Origin: Piromyces finnis finn
Lineage: Eukaryota > Fungi > Neocallimastigomycota
Direction: 5' to 3'
Assembly: GCA_002104945.1 (NCBI GenBank)
Contig: MCFH01000066.1
Span: 62,001-126,000, forward strand
Length of the DNA: 64,000 bases
In this document: positions 25,484-40,800 of the stretch, piece after piece
Numbering within the stretch: position 1 is the first letter of the stretch
Layout: the number at the start of each line of letters is the position of its first letter
Translations under genes and position numbers: made by a program
Notes under the pieces: model-generated
Seen by the model: only the letters and a program-made list of their open reading frames with translations
Told to the model about the DNA's origin: nothing
Databases searched by the model: none

Positions 25484-28400
25484 ATGTTAATATTTAATAA
25501 ACTAAAAAGGTATGTAAAAATATTAAAAAAATTGATTTTAATTATTTAAATATTATCAACTAATAAACATTTAAAAACACTTTTAATAATAGGAAACCTT
25601 TAAAATGGTTAATTTCAATTCTTGTTGTAAACAGTGTTAAAGTATTAGCAACTAATGAAACAAGTAATTAAATTTTGATATTTAGTTTCATTTAAAATTT
25701 ATATATTTAAATATTTTATAACAATTATACTTTATATAACATTAGAATTAAAAAGTTGTGCTTCTGGAGTAGAAGCAAGTAATGACGAAATATGTAATGG
25801 AGCGACTGAAAACGCTAAGGAATACTGTATAAATAGTAGTAATCAAATTTATTATTCATATGGTGAATCAGAAACAAATTCATATTGTAAGATATCGGAT
25901 AAAACAATATTAGTAGAAGCAACTGATGGTGAAACAGCTGTAGAAATTGAAAATGGCAGTTCTGGTCTACTCTATGTATGTGGAAATGATGCATGTACAC
26001 AAGTAAAATCAGAATCATACTATTATACAAGTGGGAGTGATACAAAATTATTATTTACATGTACCTCATCAGTATGTACAGCAGAAACAATTTCTAGCAT
26101 TACAGGATATTATTTAGATGGTTCAACAGCAACTACTGACGGAAGCGCATACACTGGTTTAATTAAATGTACTGGCAGTACATGTGAAACTGTAGCAAGT
26201 GCTTCAATAACAAGTGGATATTATCCTCAAGGTCCACAAACATCCGAAAGCAAATACAAAAATTTAATTAAATGTGAAAAAGGACAATCAACTTCATGTA
26301 AAGTAGATTCACCAACAAAAGAAGGTATTTATCTTGGTGGAGAAGATGCTACAGAAAGTGGATCCAAAAAATTATTAAAGGGTGTAGAAACAACACCAGC
26401 TAAAAGAGCAGATACAATTACTTTTGAAGAAGTTAATCCTGCTGCCGGTGATGTTTTCCTTGATGGTTCAACATTAAATGATGATGGTACAGAAGCAACT
26501 CAAATTATTAATTGTAGTGGTAGTACGGTAGCATGTAAGGCTGAAGCTGGTGTTGTTGGTGTAGGATATCTTGATTCAGGAAGTGTAACTGAATCAGTTC
26601 CAGCTCCAGATTCAACAAGAAAAAGAGAAAAAACAAAGGTTTATACAAAAGTAATTTCATGTTCCGCTACTAATAAATGTTCATTAATAGATAAAGGAAA
26701 TGTAAAAAGTGGTGATGGTGAAGCTGGATACACAGCCTTTATTAATGGTGGATCTGATAATGCTACTAATAAACTTATTATTTGTTCCTCTGACGAATGT
26801 AAAAAGGATGCTGCATCTTCTCCACCTCAAGGTCATGCCTATCTTGAAGGAAGTAGCTATAGTGCAACAAATAGTTTTTCTAAAATTATCACATGTCCAA
26901 ATGGTACATGTGCTGTTTTAGCAGATATTCCAACTTACGGAACAGCTGAAGTATATATTGATGCTGGAAGTGTTGCTGATTCTAAATATGCCAATATTAT
27001 AAAACCTGTAGTTTCAGATACTACTGCTACATTTACAGTTAAAGCAGGTAATGCCACAAATACTATGTATGCCTATATTGATGCTACTGATAAGAAAAAT
27101 ATTATTAAATGTGATTCTACAAGCGGGTGTAAATCAGATGTTAATGGAGCATCCAGTGATAAAAAGGCATTTTATATTAATGGATTAGAACCAAAGGAAA
27201 TTATTGTATGTGAAACAGCAGACGGAGAATGTAGAAGTATTACTGGTAGTGAAGAAACTGGTAAAACAAAATATTATGCTGATATTATATCAGAAAGTAA
27301 TATAATTAAATGTGATAGTTCAACTTGTATTTCAGCAGAACATGAAGCACAAGAAGGTAGTAAAAATTACTATATTGATGGATATGAAAGTAAATACGTA
27401 TTGGAATGTGAAAGCGGTAAACAATGCGTATCTAAACCCAATCTTGCAACAGAAAACCAGCCTTCATATTATATTGATGCTGCTGCTAGTGATTCAAAAT
27501 CAATTATTACATGTACTACTACGGAATGTAAGTCTGGAGAAGGTGTCAAAACCGAAGGAACAGCTTATAAAGATGTAACTGATACTAAAAATGTTATTTT
27601 ATATGATTTAGATAAAAATCAATTTGCAGCAACTGCTGGAGTAGTAGTAGGAACATCTGACACCTACATTGATGCAGCTGACTTGTCAAAAATTATTTAT
27701 TGTACATCTACTAGTTGTAACTATTTCAAATCCAATCCAGTAGCATTCAATTCAGAATATTATCCACGTTTATTAGATGGTAAAAATGAAATTATTGAAT
27801 GTGATTATGATAATTCATCTAAAAATGTTACTTGTAAATTAGATAAAGAAACTGCCGTTAAGCCAAATTCTGTTTATATCAATGGGCTCTTTGGCAAAGA
27901 AAATGGCGATACTAAAAATCCATTAATTATTTGTGATGACGAAAAGTGTACACCATCTAAAGCTAAGATTACCGGAACTAGTAAGAGTTACTACATCAAT
28001 TCAGATATTCAAAGTGTCAATAAAACTTTAAATAACGATATTATTGAATGTACCGAAGAAAGTGAAGAATGTACCTTGATGAACGGTGCCAATACCAATG
28101 TTTACTTGAATGCCAATTTCAATGCTGACAGTAATGAAAATCAATTAATTATTTGTAGAACCAACGGTGGATGTTCAGAACAAAAAGCCAATTCCACTAT
28201 CACTGACTTACATTACTTTGTAAATGCTGGTAGTACAATTAAAACAGCATTAAATGAAACTTTAATTGAATGTAATAATAGTACCTGTGAAATCTTAACT
28301 ACCGTTGAAGACAGTAATATATTCATTGATCAATTCGATACCTCCCACATCATTCAATGTTACGAAGATCAAGGTTGTAAATCCACTCCTAGTCGTGCTA

Positions 28401-31400
28401 CCGATAAAAAGAATGAAATTTTCTTAAATTCCAGTGATCTTGTCAATGCCAAAGATCCATTAGTTAAAGATTTAATTAAATGTATCAATACTGAAGGTGT
28501 CATTACCTGTTCTGCCATGGACGGTGCTGCCGATGAAGTTTACATCAACGCTCATAACACCACTGAAATTATTTATTGTACTGCCGAAGAGGGTTGTAAA
28601 AGTAAGGTTAGCGGTGCCACTGCCAATCAACCAGAATATTATGTTAATGCTGATCCAACAGATGCTGATGCCTTAAATGGTGATTTAATTAAGTGTAAAA
28701 TGAGTGATTCAAAGATTACATGTGAAGTTACCTATGGTAATGATGGAGATGTCTTCCTTAATGCAAACTATGAAAATGATGTTGCCAAAAAGCCATTAAT
28801 TATGTGTTCTGCCGAAAGTGGATGTATTACCGATGCTAGTAAGACTACCGATAAATTACTTCCAGCTTACTATGTTAATGCTGGTAGTGTTCTTTCCTCC
28901 AAGTTAAATGACACTCTTATTGAATGTACCTATGAAACTAATGCTGAATGTAGTATTAAAGTTGCTCTTCAAAATGAAGTTTACGTCAATTCTGCCAACA
29001 ACACCGTCACCAATCCATTAATTAAATGTAATGCTAATGGTTGTAAGGTTAGTATTAGTTCAGCCACTGAAAAGAGTAAAGAATATTATATTAATGCAGG
29101 TGATGGTAATGAAAAGCCACTTGAAGCTGATATCATTGAATGTGTCAGTGGTGAAGAAGGTATTGAATGTTCCGTATTAGAAAAAGCCAATGAAGGTGTC
29201 TATGTCAATTCCAATTACTCTGAAAATGGAGATGCCAAGCAATTAATTCAATGTCGTAGTGATACAGGATGTGCTGGAATCAAGACCTCACCATCTAATT
29301 CTGAATACTTTGTTAATGCTGAAGCTACCGATCTCAACAATGCCATTATTTTCTGTGCCAACAAAAAGTGTGAAAAACAAACACCAACTGGTGTTCCAAC
29401 TTACTATGTTGGTAGTAATGGTGATAGTCAAGAGGATCAAGTCAATGGTTTAATTGAATGTACAGAATCTGAACCAGCCGATGACGACACCTCACCCAGA
29501 AGAAAGAGAGCCACCGAAAAGAAATGTAAATTAAAGCCAGCTTTCACCTCCAATGGATACTACTTAAACAGTGGTTACAACAAGGCAGTTAATCAAACCA
29601 TTCTTTGTGATTCTTCCGAAGGATGTGCCACTGAAAAGGTCATTCTCGGTTACTATGTCAATGCAGGTGATGCCACCAAACCAGTCATTAAATGTGAAAA
29701 GGAAGGTACAGAATGTGTTGAAGAAGAAAGCAAGGAATGTCCAAGTTCTTCTGATATTATTCCAGGTAATTACTGTTACAGTGAAGGATCCTTAAAATTC
29801 TATCCATCCAGCAACTCCACAGCTATTTCTGCTTCTAAATCAGATGACATTTACACTTTTGCTACCATTCCAGCCAACGGCTTCCCAGGTATTAAATCCG
29901 AAACTGGCGCCTTATTCAAGATTTCTCGTTACTACATCAATCGTTTCTACCAAAGTGGCGTTGTTATGATTGATAAGAATGGTAAATTAGTTGATAATTT
30001 ATCAGCAGCTGATCAATCCGACATTAGTGTCTATGACTGTAATGATTCCACCAAGATGTGTACAGAACGTTCAGGATGTACTAGTAACACCTACATGTTT
30101 GATAGCGAAAACAAAAAGGCCGTTTTCTGTAATAACAATAAATTAGAATATGCCGAATTCACTGGATATGTTGTTGATGGTAATCGTGCCGTTGGTACGA
30201 ATCATCCATACATTATTCATTGTGAAAACAATGGTAGTAAATGTGAAAGTATCAAACCAAAGGTTTCCTCTTACTACGAAAACAATGGTTATGATTCCAG
30301 TGTCAATGGATTAATTGAATGCAGTGGTAATAACTGTATTACTGTTGGTGCCACTGTTGGATACTATGTTGGACATGAAGGTAAGGGTATTATTCAATGT
30401 ACCTCTTCCACTTCATGTGTCTATGCCGATTCCAAGTCCAAGGTGAAGTATGTCAATGCAGGATCTAACAAATCCTCCAACGCCATCATTTCATGTACCA
30501 AGGATTCATGTGTCTCAACCAAGGCCAACACTGGTTACTATTTAACCTACACTAGTACTCTTTTAATTCAATGTACTAATCCATCCAACTGTGTTGAATT
30601 CACACCATCTGTCAATTACTACGACAATGCTGATTCTTCCGAAAGTAGCAATACCATCATCAATTGTGTTCAAAACAGTCAAGTCATTACCTGTTCCACT
30701 GAAGCTACCAACAGTGGTTTCTACATTTCAAGTACACCAAATGTTTTAATTCGTTGTAAATCCGGCAACAAGTGTAAGACTGTAACTGTAAAGAATGGTA
30801 TTTTCCGTGGAGCCATCAAGAGTAATACTTCAGGTTCAAAGCGTTCTGATGATGAAAAAGAAAGCCAAGTTGAAAGTTCAATTGAAAGCGACATTGAAGT
30901 TGAAGGTAATGATGATGGAAAGAGTGTTGTTATTCCAAGAGGATCCGATGATTCCTACGATATCATTCGTTGTATTCAAGAAAAGTGTTCCGCTCTTTCG
31001 CCAAGCGAAGTTTCTGCCATTCCAATTTGTGAATTCAACAACAACAAGTGTTACATCACCAATGAATATGCCATGACCAAGTCAGCCACCACTTCCATTT
31101 CAGCTGGTAGTATTTGTACCAACAATGATCGTTCCGTTTTCTACTTTGCTACCGATACTGTTGTTGTTAAGCCAAATGTTATTTCAGGTAGTACCACCAC
31201 TTACATCTACACCACCACCAATTCCAACTGTTTAGAAGTCAATGATTCGTACAGTGACATGTACTTTACGGTTGGTTCGAACATCTACCTTTTAGATCAA
31301 GGTAGTGTTTTACAATTCTATGAACAAGGATACTATTTCATCAACACAGCCAAGAATGCCATTGTTGGTGGTAGTGATATTGACAATTACAATGACAAGA

Positions 31401-32746
31401 ATGTCAAGCTCTACAGATGTAATGGTAGTAGTTGTAGCATTTTAGATAAGCCAGATTCCTTAACTTTCTATGCCGATGTCAACAAACGTATTCTTAGATA
31501 CAATGTCAACAGTGGTTCTTACTCTTTCGCCTATGAAAAGGACATCATTTGTATTTTCGCCAATAACAAGTGTACACCTAATGCCGATTTAAAGAATCAA
31601 GAATTCTGTATTACATACAAGGGAGAATTAGCTCTTGCCAAGGCAGATATCAAGAACCGTGAAACCGGAGAATGTTACAAGGCCAGTAGTCTTAGTTCCA
31701 CCATCTATGGTTATTCTCAATCCTTATATTCCATGAATTTATATTCAGCTGAAATGATTGATGAAACCGGTTATTACATTGTTAGTCTTTCCACCAACAC
31801 CACCGTCGTCAGTAAGAACTACAAGACCAAGAATAACAAGCTTGTCATCTATGGTTGTCAACTCTCTTCCTGTAAGGAAATTGAACCAGAAGAAGATACC
31901 TATTACTATGATTCAAGTGCCAAGACCATTCTTCGTTACAAGGATGGTGCCTGGAAGACACCAGAAACATCTGGTTATGCCTACATCTCGATTGATCCAG
32001 TCAACACCTACATCTACAGATTCACCAAGATCAATGATGAAGTCAAGATCAATGGTATTGCCAACTACGGCTACTACTACACGGTTGATGGAGAAATGTA
32101 CAACTGTAATCAAGATGAAGGAGGTGCCTGTACTCCAATCAACAACACCGGCTACTACTTTACCAATGCTGGTGAGGTTTACTACTGTGTCCATGATTCC
32201 GAAAACTTGGAACCAACCGAATGTACCAAGCAAGCCTGTATTAGTGGACAATACTATTACATTGATGAAGCCTACTACAGATGTGAAAGTAGTTCCAGTC
32301 TTGTTCCAGTGATGTCTCGTTACTGTTCGTACAATGAAAATGTCATTATCAACTTCCCATTAGCCTTGACCGAAGAATACCCAGACAAGATTAAGCAAGC
32401 AGTTGAAGGTATTGAAAAGAACAACAATTCCACAGCCATTATTAGACGTAGTGGTAAGAATTATTTAGAATCTGTTTCCGGTATTTTCACCAACTGTACC
32501 TACAATGTTGAAGAAACCAAGTCCACATTTGATTTAGTTTGTGTCAACAACTTTGTCAAGGTGGATGAAGAAACGGATGATGTCAAGATTTGTTCTATTG
32601 AAAAGCTCGGTTATGTTGAATGTACCGAAGAAGAAGAAAATCCCGAAAAATGTAATGTTAGTTTTGGTATTTCCAGAGCTTCCATTTCCATTTTTGGTAT
32701 AGTAGTATCTACTTTACTTGTTGTATTATTCAATGAACGTAATTAA
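25484..32746 (+). CDS. Array gene 2: secreted, C-terminally anchored Cys-repeat scaffoldin-like protein, 2365 aa
   Basis: Exons 25484-25509, 25593-25663 and 25746-32746 (GT-AG, phases 2 and 1, total 7098 nt). N-terminus MLIFNKLKRKPLKWLISILVVNSVKVLA. The frame is open from 25748 into ORF 27065. Repeats follow GYY(I/L/V)(N/D)...(L/I)IxC...C, and the tail is hydrophobic. Confidence 0.88.
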
Positions 32747-35700
32747 ATTATGTTGTAATATCAGTAAACAATGTACAATATACAAATGCAATATTTGAAA
32801 TCAAAATATTTATTTTAAGAAAAATTTAAATCACTCAATTCATTCAACCATCAATATATCAATAATTCATTATTTATTTAATGGCAAAAATTTTCATTCA
32901 AAAGAAGACCTGATATTTAGTATATTTTTCATAAAATGGAAAATTAAAATATTAAATATTAATTTTTTTCCTGTTTTTTATTTTCTATCCATAGAAAATA
33001 TTCTCAATCCTTCAATAATAATATAATAATTATATTAAAAAAAAAAAAAGAAAATCACTATGAACTATTTTATTTATAATCATGGTAAATTTGTTGAAGA
33101 GAAATAGCATTTTTCTTCACCTTCCACCCTTCATTTTAAAATACAAATTAAAATTAAATTTTATTTCATTTTAAAATCAAACACTATCGTATATTTTTTT
33201 TCAAAAAAAAAAAAAGTTCAATTTTTATAAATTATAATTTATAGAAAAAGTGCAATTAATCATAGAAAATATTATATATATATTATCTTAAATTTTATAA
33301 AGTGATAGAATAATAATTATTATTATAATTATTTTTCTATATTTAACCATTATATTATAAAAAGAACATCATTATTTTATCAGCATAATTATATCTAAAT
33401 TTTAAAAAGTTTTTTTTATTCAACATTCTTTCTATTATATTTATTAAAATAAATATATATAAAATTTCATATTTATCATCCATTCATCAATTATATAATA
33501 TATTTAAAATATATTCATTTTTTTTTATCAGTCAGTCATTCCTTCATTCCTTCATTTATTGTTAATAATAATTATTTTATTTATTAACTTTTATCATTCA
33601 TAAATAGCAAATGCGACAATTGTAATTGTATCCATTAATATTTATTTATTTATTTAAAAAATCATCATCATCATAATAAAAATAAAAATAAAAATAAATC
33701 TATCTAATAATTTATTATAAAAATTTTAATTTTTTTAATTTCATTTAAAAAAAAAAATAGTAAAAATTGTGGCAAAGGTGGCAATATCCGTATGACATTC
33801 CAAAGAATAAAGAATGAAAAAAATTTTTGAAGCTTTTTAAAAATACCAAAAAAAATTTTAAAAAATCTCAATTTTTAAATGAAAATTGAATTATTTCAAA
33901 ATTTACACCACCACCACAACCGCCACCTTTTTTTTTTTTTTGTTTTCAAATAAAAAAAAATAAAATTTTTTCTTTTAAAATTTAAAAAAGAGCCAAAATC
34001 AAATTTGAAAAATTGAAGCGATTCCTTTTTACCTTTTCCTTCATCATCTCTAGACTGAAAAATTTTTTGAAAATTTTTTGAAAATTTTTTTGGTATTCGT
34101 CAAAAGGAAAAAATTCAAATCCCCACAAAAATGAAATTGTTTCATTTTCAAAAAACAAAAAAAAATTCAAAAAAAAATTTTTATAAAATTAAATTGAAAA
34201 GAAAAAAATTTTTTTTTAAAAAAATCAAAGCAGCATTAAAGGTTGCTTTCCATTTTTCATCCTAAAAAAATTTGAAATTTTTAAAAAAAAAATGAAATCG
34301 ACGCCATTCAAAATTTAAAAAATTTTTTTTTTGGGGGGAAGGTAAAATTGGCTTAGAATAAAAAAATGTACCCCAAAAATAATATTTATTTATTTATTCA
34401 TTTACTTTATTAGTAATTTATTTATTCATCCATTTAATTAATTTGGCTTATAAATTTAAACTTTTTATTAAAGAATATATTATTAATATATTATACATAA
34501 TAGAATCAATATAATTTTAATAAAATATAATAAATAATTAATATTTGGATTCATACAATAAAAATCAATCGATTCTAAAGTTAATTTTAATAATAATTAA
34601 AGTTTATTATCAATGAAATCATGATTTTTAAATAATATGACACATTTTAATTGAATCACGTTTATCCATTAAATTTAATTTAATCTATGTTATTACACAT
34701 AAATATAGGTTACTTTTATGTGGTCATTTGAGTTTATTCTATTCGGTGGGTGGTGAAAATACTTTATAGCCAACTTTTACTAATAATTTCACTTTTCTAA
34801 ACATTCTATTTCCTTATTAATTATAAAAAAGCTTCTTCTAATGAATTATTAAACATGACTATTTTTATAGTATAAAATACCTATAATTAATTGAATATCA
34901 ATATATAATGGAATATATTCATACTATATATCAGTTGTTATATCATTAAAGTATTGGGTATAACTTTCCATATAGGAAATTGAATACGTTTAACTAGAAC
35001 TAAAAAGTCACATGTCAAATCATTAGAATTTGTATATATTATGTATACATTATGTATTACAATTTAAAATTTATTTTTATTCTACCAAAAAAAATTCATG
35101 CAAAAAAAAAGAATTTCTAAAATTCAAAATTTTTTGGTTCAATTTTAATTAAAATATTTAAATTGATTCAATATATTAACAATATATTCAAATATTATTG
35201 GGACTTTTATTTTTTATTGGTACAAACGACAAACGGATGGAAATACTATTGATCCTGGCTGGCTATTTGTTGTAAAAAAGATAAAAGCAAAAAAATCAAA
35301 ACTTTTCTATATCTATTGAAAATAAAAATGGAAAAAAATTAGTTGTTTATCCAAGAAGAAAGAAAGGTTTGTTTTTTTCAATGATAAAATAATAAGAAAT
35401 ATAGAGTCGAAAAAATAGGTTTGTTTTTTAAAAAAATGTATTATATATTGTCATATTGTCATACGTATTAATTAAATCTTTTTTTTTTTTAAATATGAAA
35501 ATAATATGACTTTTTATTGAATGACTTGAAAATTTATATTGAAAAATCAAAATATATAGTGTAAAATTAAAACAACAGTATGACTTTTCCAACACATGTT
35601 TAAACGAAATATTACATTTATTAGATAATAATGCCATAAAAAAGAGAAAACTTTAATTTGATCAAAAAAATAAAATACTTGTATTTATGATAGCAATAAA

Positions 35701-37245
35701 AACGAAAATAGAAATAAATTTATGTAACATTGATAGTCATAACCAGATCAAAAAGAAAAAAAAAAGATTAGTGACTATTTAATTAGAAATGGTTGAAGTA
35801 GAGGATAATAGTAAAAGTATAAAGTTTTATTTTGATCATCATATAAAATTAGCATATCATTTTCTTCTATTACCACTGATATAATATATTTTAATAATTT
35901 TTTAAAAATAAAATAGGTTCGGAATAATCTATCTTTTTTTTTTTTTTTTGTAAAATAAAAATCATCCAGTGAAGTAAATATTAAAATGGTTGCATAAAAA
36001 ACCTGTAATAAGGTAATGTGAATCTATTTCTGCAAAGGTAAAAAGAAAAGTAATTGCGTATAGAGAAATAGGTAAAAAAAATGTTTATAAAAATGATAGG
36101 TATAAATCATAATATATTTAAAAATATTAATTATACAATTTAATTTTTTTATATTTACCATTAAAACTTTATTGTCTATATTAGTGCCTGCTTATTAATT
36201 GAAATAAAAGTGGTATCTTTATAAAAATCATGAAATATCAAAAAAAGGTGTTATTACCTTTTTCATTATGAATATTAAACCAAGAGCCTATACAAAAAAT
36301 AATATGCAATACTTTTAGGTAATTTTCCTTTTTTCAGCATTCGAATATAATGAAAAGAATGAATGTTTGAAGAAATTAAATAACCTTTAATAGCAATCGT
36401 TAATAATATCAAAAAAAATTGAATAAACAAATCATTCTGTTAATTTTCATTATATAAGTAAAAAAATAAAAAGGGTAATAATTTATCAATAACTTTTGAT
36501 AATACATTATTTATTGATTAAAAATTTGTTTTAAATAACGGTAACAATCGTTAGAGGGATGAATAAATATAAAATTTAAACATTTAAATAATATACATTT
36601 AGTACCTTTTCAAAAAAAACTACTAATCAACATATTAAAAAAAGAGAGTATTATAACTCTGTGTAATTATAATTTTTTTATGAGAGTTAAAATTTAGTAA
36701 AATTTTATAATTATTGATATTTCTATAAAAAAAAATTCATATCAATGTTATGAATATATTAACTATCGAAAATGAAACAATGTTGCTGTTTTTTTTTTTT
36801 AAAAAAAAAAATAATAATAATTATAAATAGTTTTTTTTTAAATTTAAAATAATTTAATTTGAATAATGAAAAATCAATGAAAAAAATAAATTTCAAAAAA
36901 AAAAAAACACTAAAATATTATTTTTATTATTATAATTTCAAGTTTATTTCTATTAACAAAAAAAAAACATTTTATATGAATAAAAATACTTTTTTTTTTT
37001 TTTTTAATAATTTCAATTCAATTTTAAAATTCAATTTTTGGTAATGGTAAAAAATGAATTAAGAAAAATATTTTTTTACTTATTTTTTAGTTTCTACTTT
37101 AATTTTATTATTCCGATTGTAAATAATAAAAAAATAATCAACTGAAAACTTTGTATTTTGTCCTTTCTATAAATTTCTAACTTGATCTCAACCAAAAACA
37201 AAAAATAAAAAAAAATTTTTCAAAAAAAAAAAAAAAAAAATAAAA

Positions 37246-37277
37246 ATTTAAAGGGTTAAAAATTAATAATTAATTTT
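37246..37277 (+). promoter_or_regulatory. Conserved upstream motif of array gene 3
   Basis: atttaaagggttaaaaattaataattaatttt, one mismatch to the gene 1 and gene 2 motif. Confidence 0.5.
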
Positions 37278-37810
37278 TAATTTCTTTTTTTTTTTTTTCA
37301 TTTTGTTGGTAAGTTTTTTTTTTTTTTTTTTTTTAATAATTCTGGTTATATTTTATTATTTTTTATAATAAAAGTAAAAATTAAAGTTTTAGAAAAAAAA
37401 TGGTTTAAAACTTTTTTTAAAAATTAGTTGTAAATATCAATGTAAAAAAAAATAAATAAAAAGATGATAGATAATAATAAATATTATTACTACAAATGTA
37501 GTAATAAAATTGAAAAGACTTGTTTGAATATTTGATGCTTTTATCTTTCAAAAAAAAAATAAAATTATATGATTTAATAATTATACTAAAACTATTTAAT
37601 TTTTTTTTCCTTTTAGATTTCTAAAGAATATTAAATTCTAAAGAAATAATAAAAAAAAATAAATATTATTAAAAATTGAATAAATTCCATTATTCTTTTC
37701 TATTTTTAGAAAAAGAATAACTATAATACCTAGAGGAGGGAAAAAAATAATACTCAATGTTTATTTAATTTTAATAATATTTATATATTCCTATAAAATA
37801 AATATAGAAA

Positions 37811-40800
37811 ATGATATTGAAAAAACTAAAAAGGTAAATTTTTTTTAAATTTTATGCAACGGGAATATTGAGTAGTAAATGAAAGAAATAGTTGTAATAA
37901 TAATGATTATTTTAATATTAAATACTAGTTTAAAAAAAAACAAATATTTAATAACAATTGTTAAGTTTTTGTTTATGTAGTAAATTTGGGTTTTGATGAA
38001 CTTTTTTTTTTTTTAATAAAATAAAAATGTAAAAAGTTATAAAAAAAAAGAATTTTATATTTTTTCAATATTATTTAAAAAAATTTTTTTTTTGTAAGAA
38101 TATAATTTGTTTTTTTTTTTTTTTTTTAATGTTTATTTGTTTTAAATAAAAATTAAAAGCAATAGACTTGTTAGGAAAAAATTTTTTTTTTTTAATTACT
38201 TTAATATTTTTTTAAAACAAATAGCCAAATACTTGATTTAAAAAAAATATTTATTGTGTTATTAAAATTTTAATTTATTTTTATTTATCATGATAGGATA
38301 CCCTTTTCCATCTTTTTGGCAGTTTTATCTCTTTCTCAAAGGGGATTTGCAGATGGTAAAATAATAATTTTTAGAATTGCATATTATATATCTATCTATA
38401 TATTTTTTTTTTTAAATTTTAATAATATGAATATTAAATTTCTCATAAAATATTTTACATTTTTAAAATAAAAATAGGTTTACAACTATGTAATGAAAAT
38501 GTAAGTGATGAAAGTTGTGCTGCTGATGCTATAGCAGCTGATGGATATTGTATTAAACCAGCCAATGACGCAACTGATGGTAGTGGTACTATTTATAAAT
38601 TAACTGCAGCGTCAGGTGGAAATCAAGCAAAATGTGATAAGTTAACATCTACTACTGATAATAATTATTATTTATTTTCGGATAAATTATTACCCATGAG
38701 TACTGCAACAACAGGAAAATTATATTCTTGTGATACTAGTAAATGTACACCATTAACTGGTTATGTATGGACTGCTGATGGTGGTGCTACTACTTCAGAT
38801 TCAAATAAATATTTATTTAATTGTAGTAGTACAGGTTGTACTAAAGAAACACTACCAACTAAAGAAGGAGATTATTATTATCTTTATGGTAATGATTCAG
38901 TTTATAAGTTAACAATTGGTGATTCACCAGATTGTGTAATAGTTTCATCAATTAATGAAGGAAAATTAAAAGGTTATTTAAGTGCTGATGGTAAATCAAT
39001 TATTAAATGTACATCTTCAACAACTCCAGCATCTAAGAAAAGAGATAGTACAACATATACTTGTGAAAAAGTTTCTGTAACTGATGATAAAAAGCATTAT
39101 TTTATTGATGCTGCTGCAGAATCAAGTTCAATTATTACATGTGAACAAAAAGATAATAAAAGCATTTGTAGTTCAGCTCCTGTTACTCTTCCTGAAAGTG
39201 TTACAACTGTTGTTTTTGCTACTGAAGGTGAAAGAACTGTAATTAAATGTAGTTCAGCTGGTCAATCTCGTAGAGATGGTTCAAACAGTAGTTGTGATGC
39301 TGTAGATGTCGAGGTAAAAGAGGCAACTAGTACTGAACCTGAAGTAAATGCTTTCTTTATTGATGGTAATGATTCTAAAAGTAAAAAGATTATTGTTTGT
39401 ACTGCTAAGGATGGATGCAGTTCAAAAGACGGTGTTAAAACAACAGACGATAGTTATTACGTTGATAGTAGTAATAATGATAGTGTTATTAAATGTGCTA
39501 AAGATGGAGCCTGTTCAATGGAATCTCTAGGAGAAAATGCTTTTTATGTAGATGGATATAATACTGCAAATGTTTTAAAATGTGTAACTTCCAGTAAATG
39601 TGTTGAACTGAAAGGTGAATCAACTCCTGGATATGGTTATATTGATGGTAGTAAAACTGGTAATGTAATTGTTTGTAAACAAGGAACAGGAGAAAATGCC
39701 GCTGTAGAATGTAAATCTCAAGCTAATGGTTTTAGTACTGGTCAAATCACTGCATTTATTGATGCTAGTGCTTCTGATAAAAAAACACTTTTTACATGTA
39801 TTGCTGCAGATACCGCTTGTACTGTTCCAACTTCACCATTTACATTTGCTGATGGTGAAGCCTTTTTAGATGGTTCTAGTATTGACAGTAATAATAAAAT
39901 TACTAGTCTTATTATTTGTAAAAAAGAAGGTGATAACACTACTTGCTCTTCACTCGCTGCTTCAGACGAAACCCCTAAAACAGACGATGGTTATGGTTAT
40001 ATTGATGGTACAACACCAGCTAATATTATTCAATGTACTAAAACAGGATCAAATGTCACTTGTGAATCAATAGCAGGACCTTCAACTAATGATAAAGGAT
40101 TTGGTTTAATTGATGCTACGGATAATGGTACTCCAGTAACCAAAATTATTACCACAGATGGAACAAATATCAAATCAATTAAAAATACTGCTAAAGCTGA
40201 AGAGGGTAAAGCTCCGGCCAATCAATATTTCATTAACTTTGCCAAAAAATCCATGATTATTGTTTGCAGTGCAACAGATGGTTGTTCAACTATCGAAGGA
40301 AATAGTGCTACCACAGGCAATAAATATTATCCAGATGGTGAAGATAAGAGTAAAATTTTCCTTTGCGAACCTAAAGCTTCTGATACTGCTGTAGAATGTA
40401 AAGCAGCTAATCATTCAGGAACTGACACTGCTAAAACATACTTTATTAATGGATACCAAGACAAATATGTATTAGAATGTGACACAACTAACGGTTGTGT
40501 TTCATCATTAAATCTTGCTACTGAAAACCAACCATCTTATTATGTTGATTCTAGTGATACAGCAAAACCATTAATTATTACATGTACCCCTGATAAATGT
40601 ACTTCCGGAGAAGGTTCTACTGCGGAAGGAACTGCTTATAGAGATGCAACTGATGCCAAAAATGTTATTACATGTACATCTGCTAAATGTAATACACCAG
40701 CAGCAGGTGCTGGTACTGTAGATACCTATATTGATGCTGGTAATTTATCACAAATTATAAATTGTAAAACTGACGTTTGTAATTACATTAAAGCAGATGC

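Noticed and set aside
22954-37044. Short K/F/I/N-rich ORFs in the intergenic spacers (also 57347, 59204)
   Set aside because: Their composition just mirrors homopolymer-rich AT DNA, and they show no coding-like GC signal.
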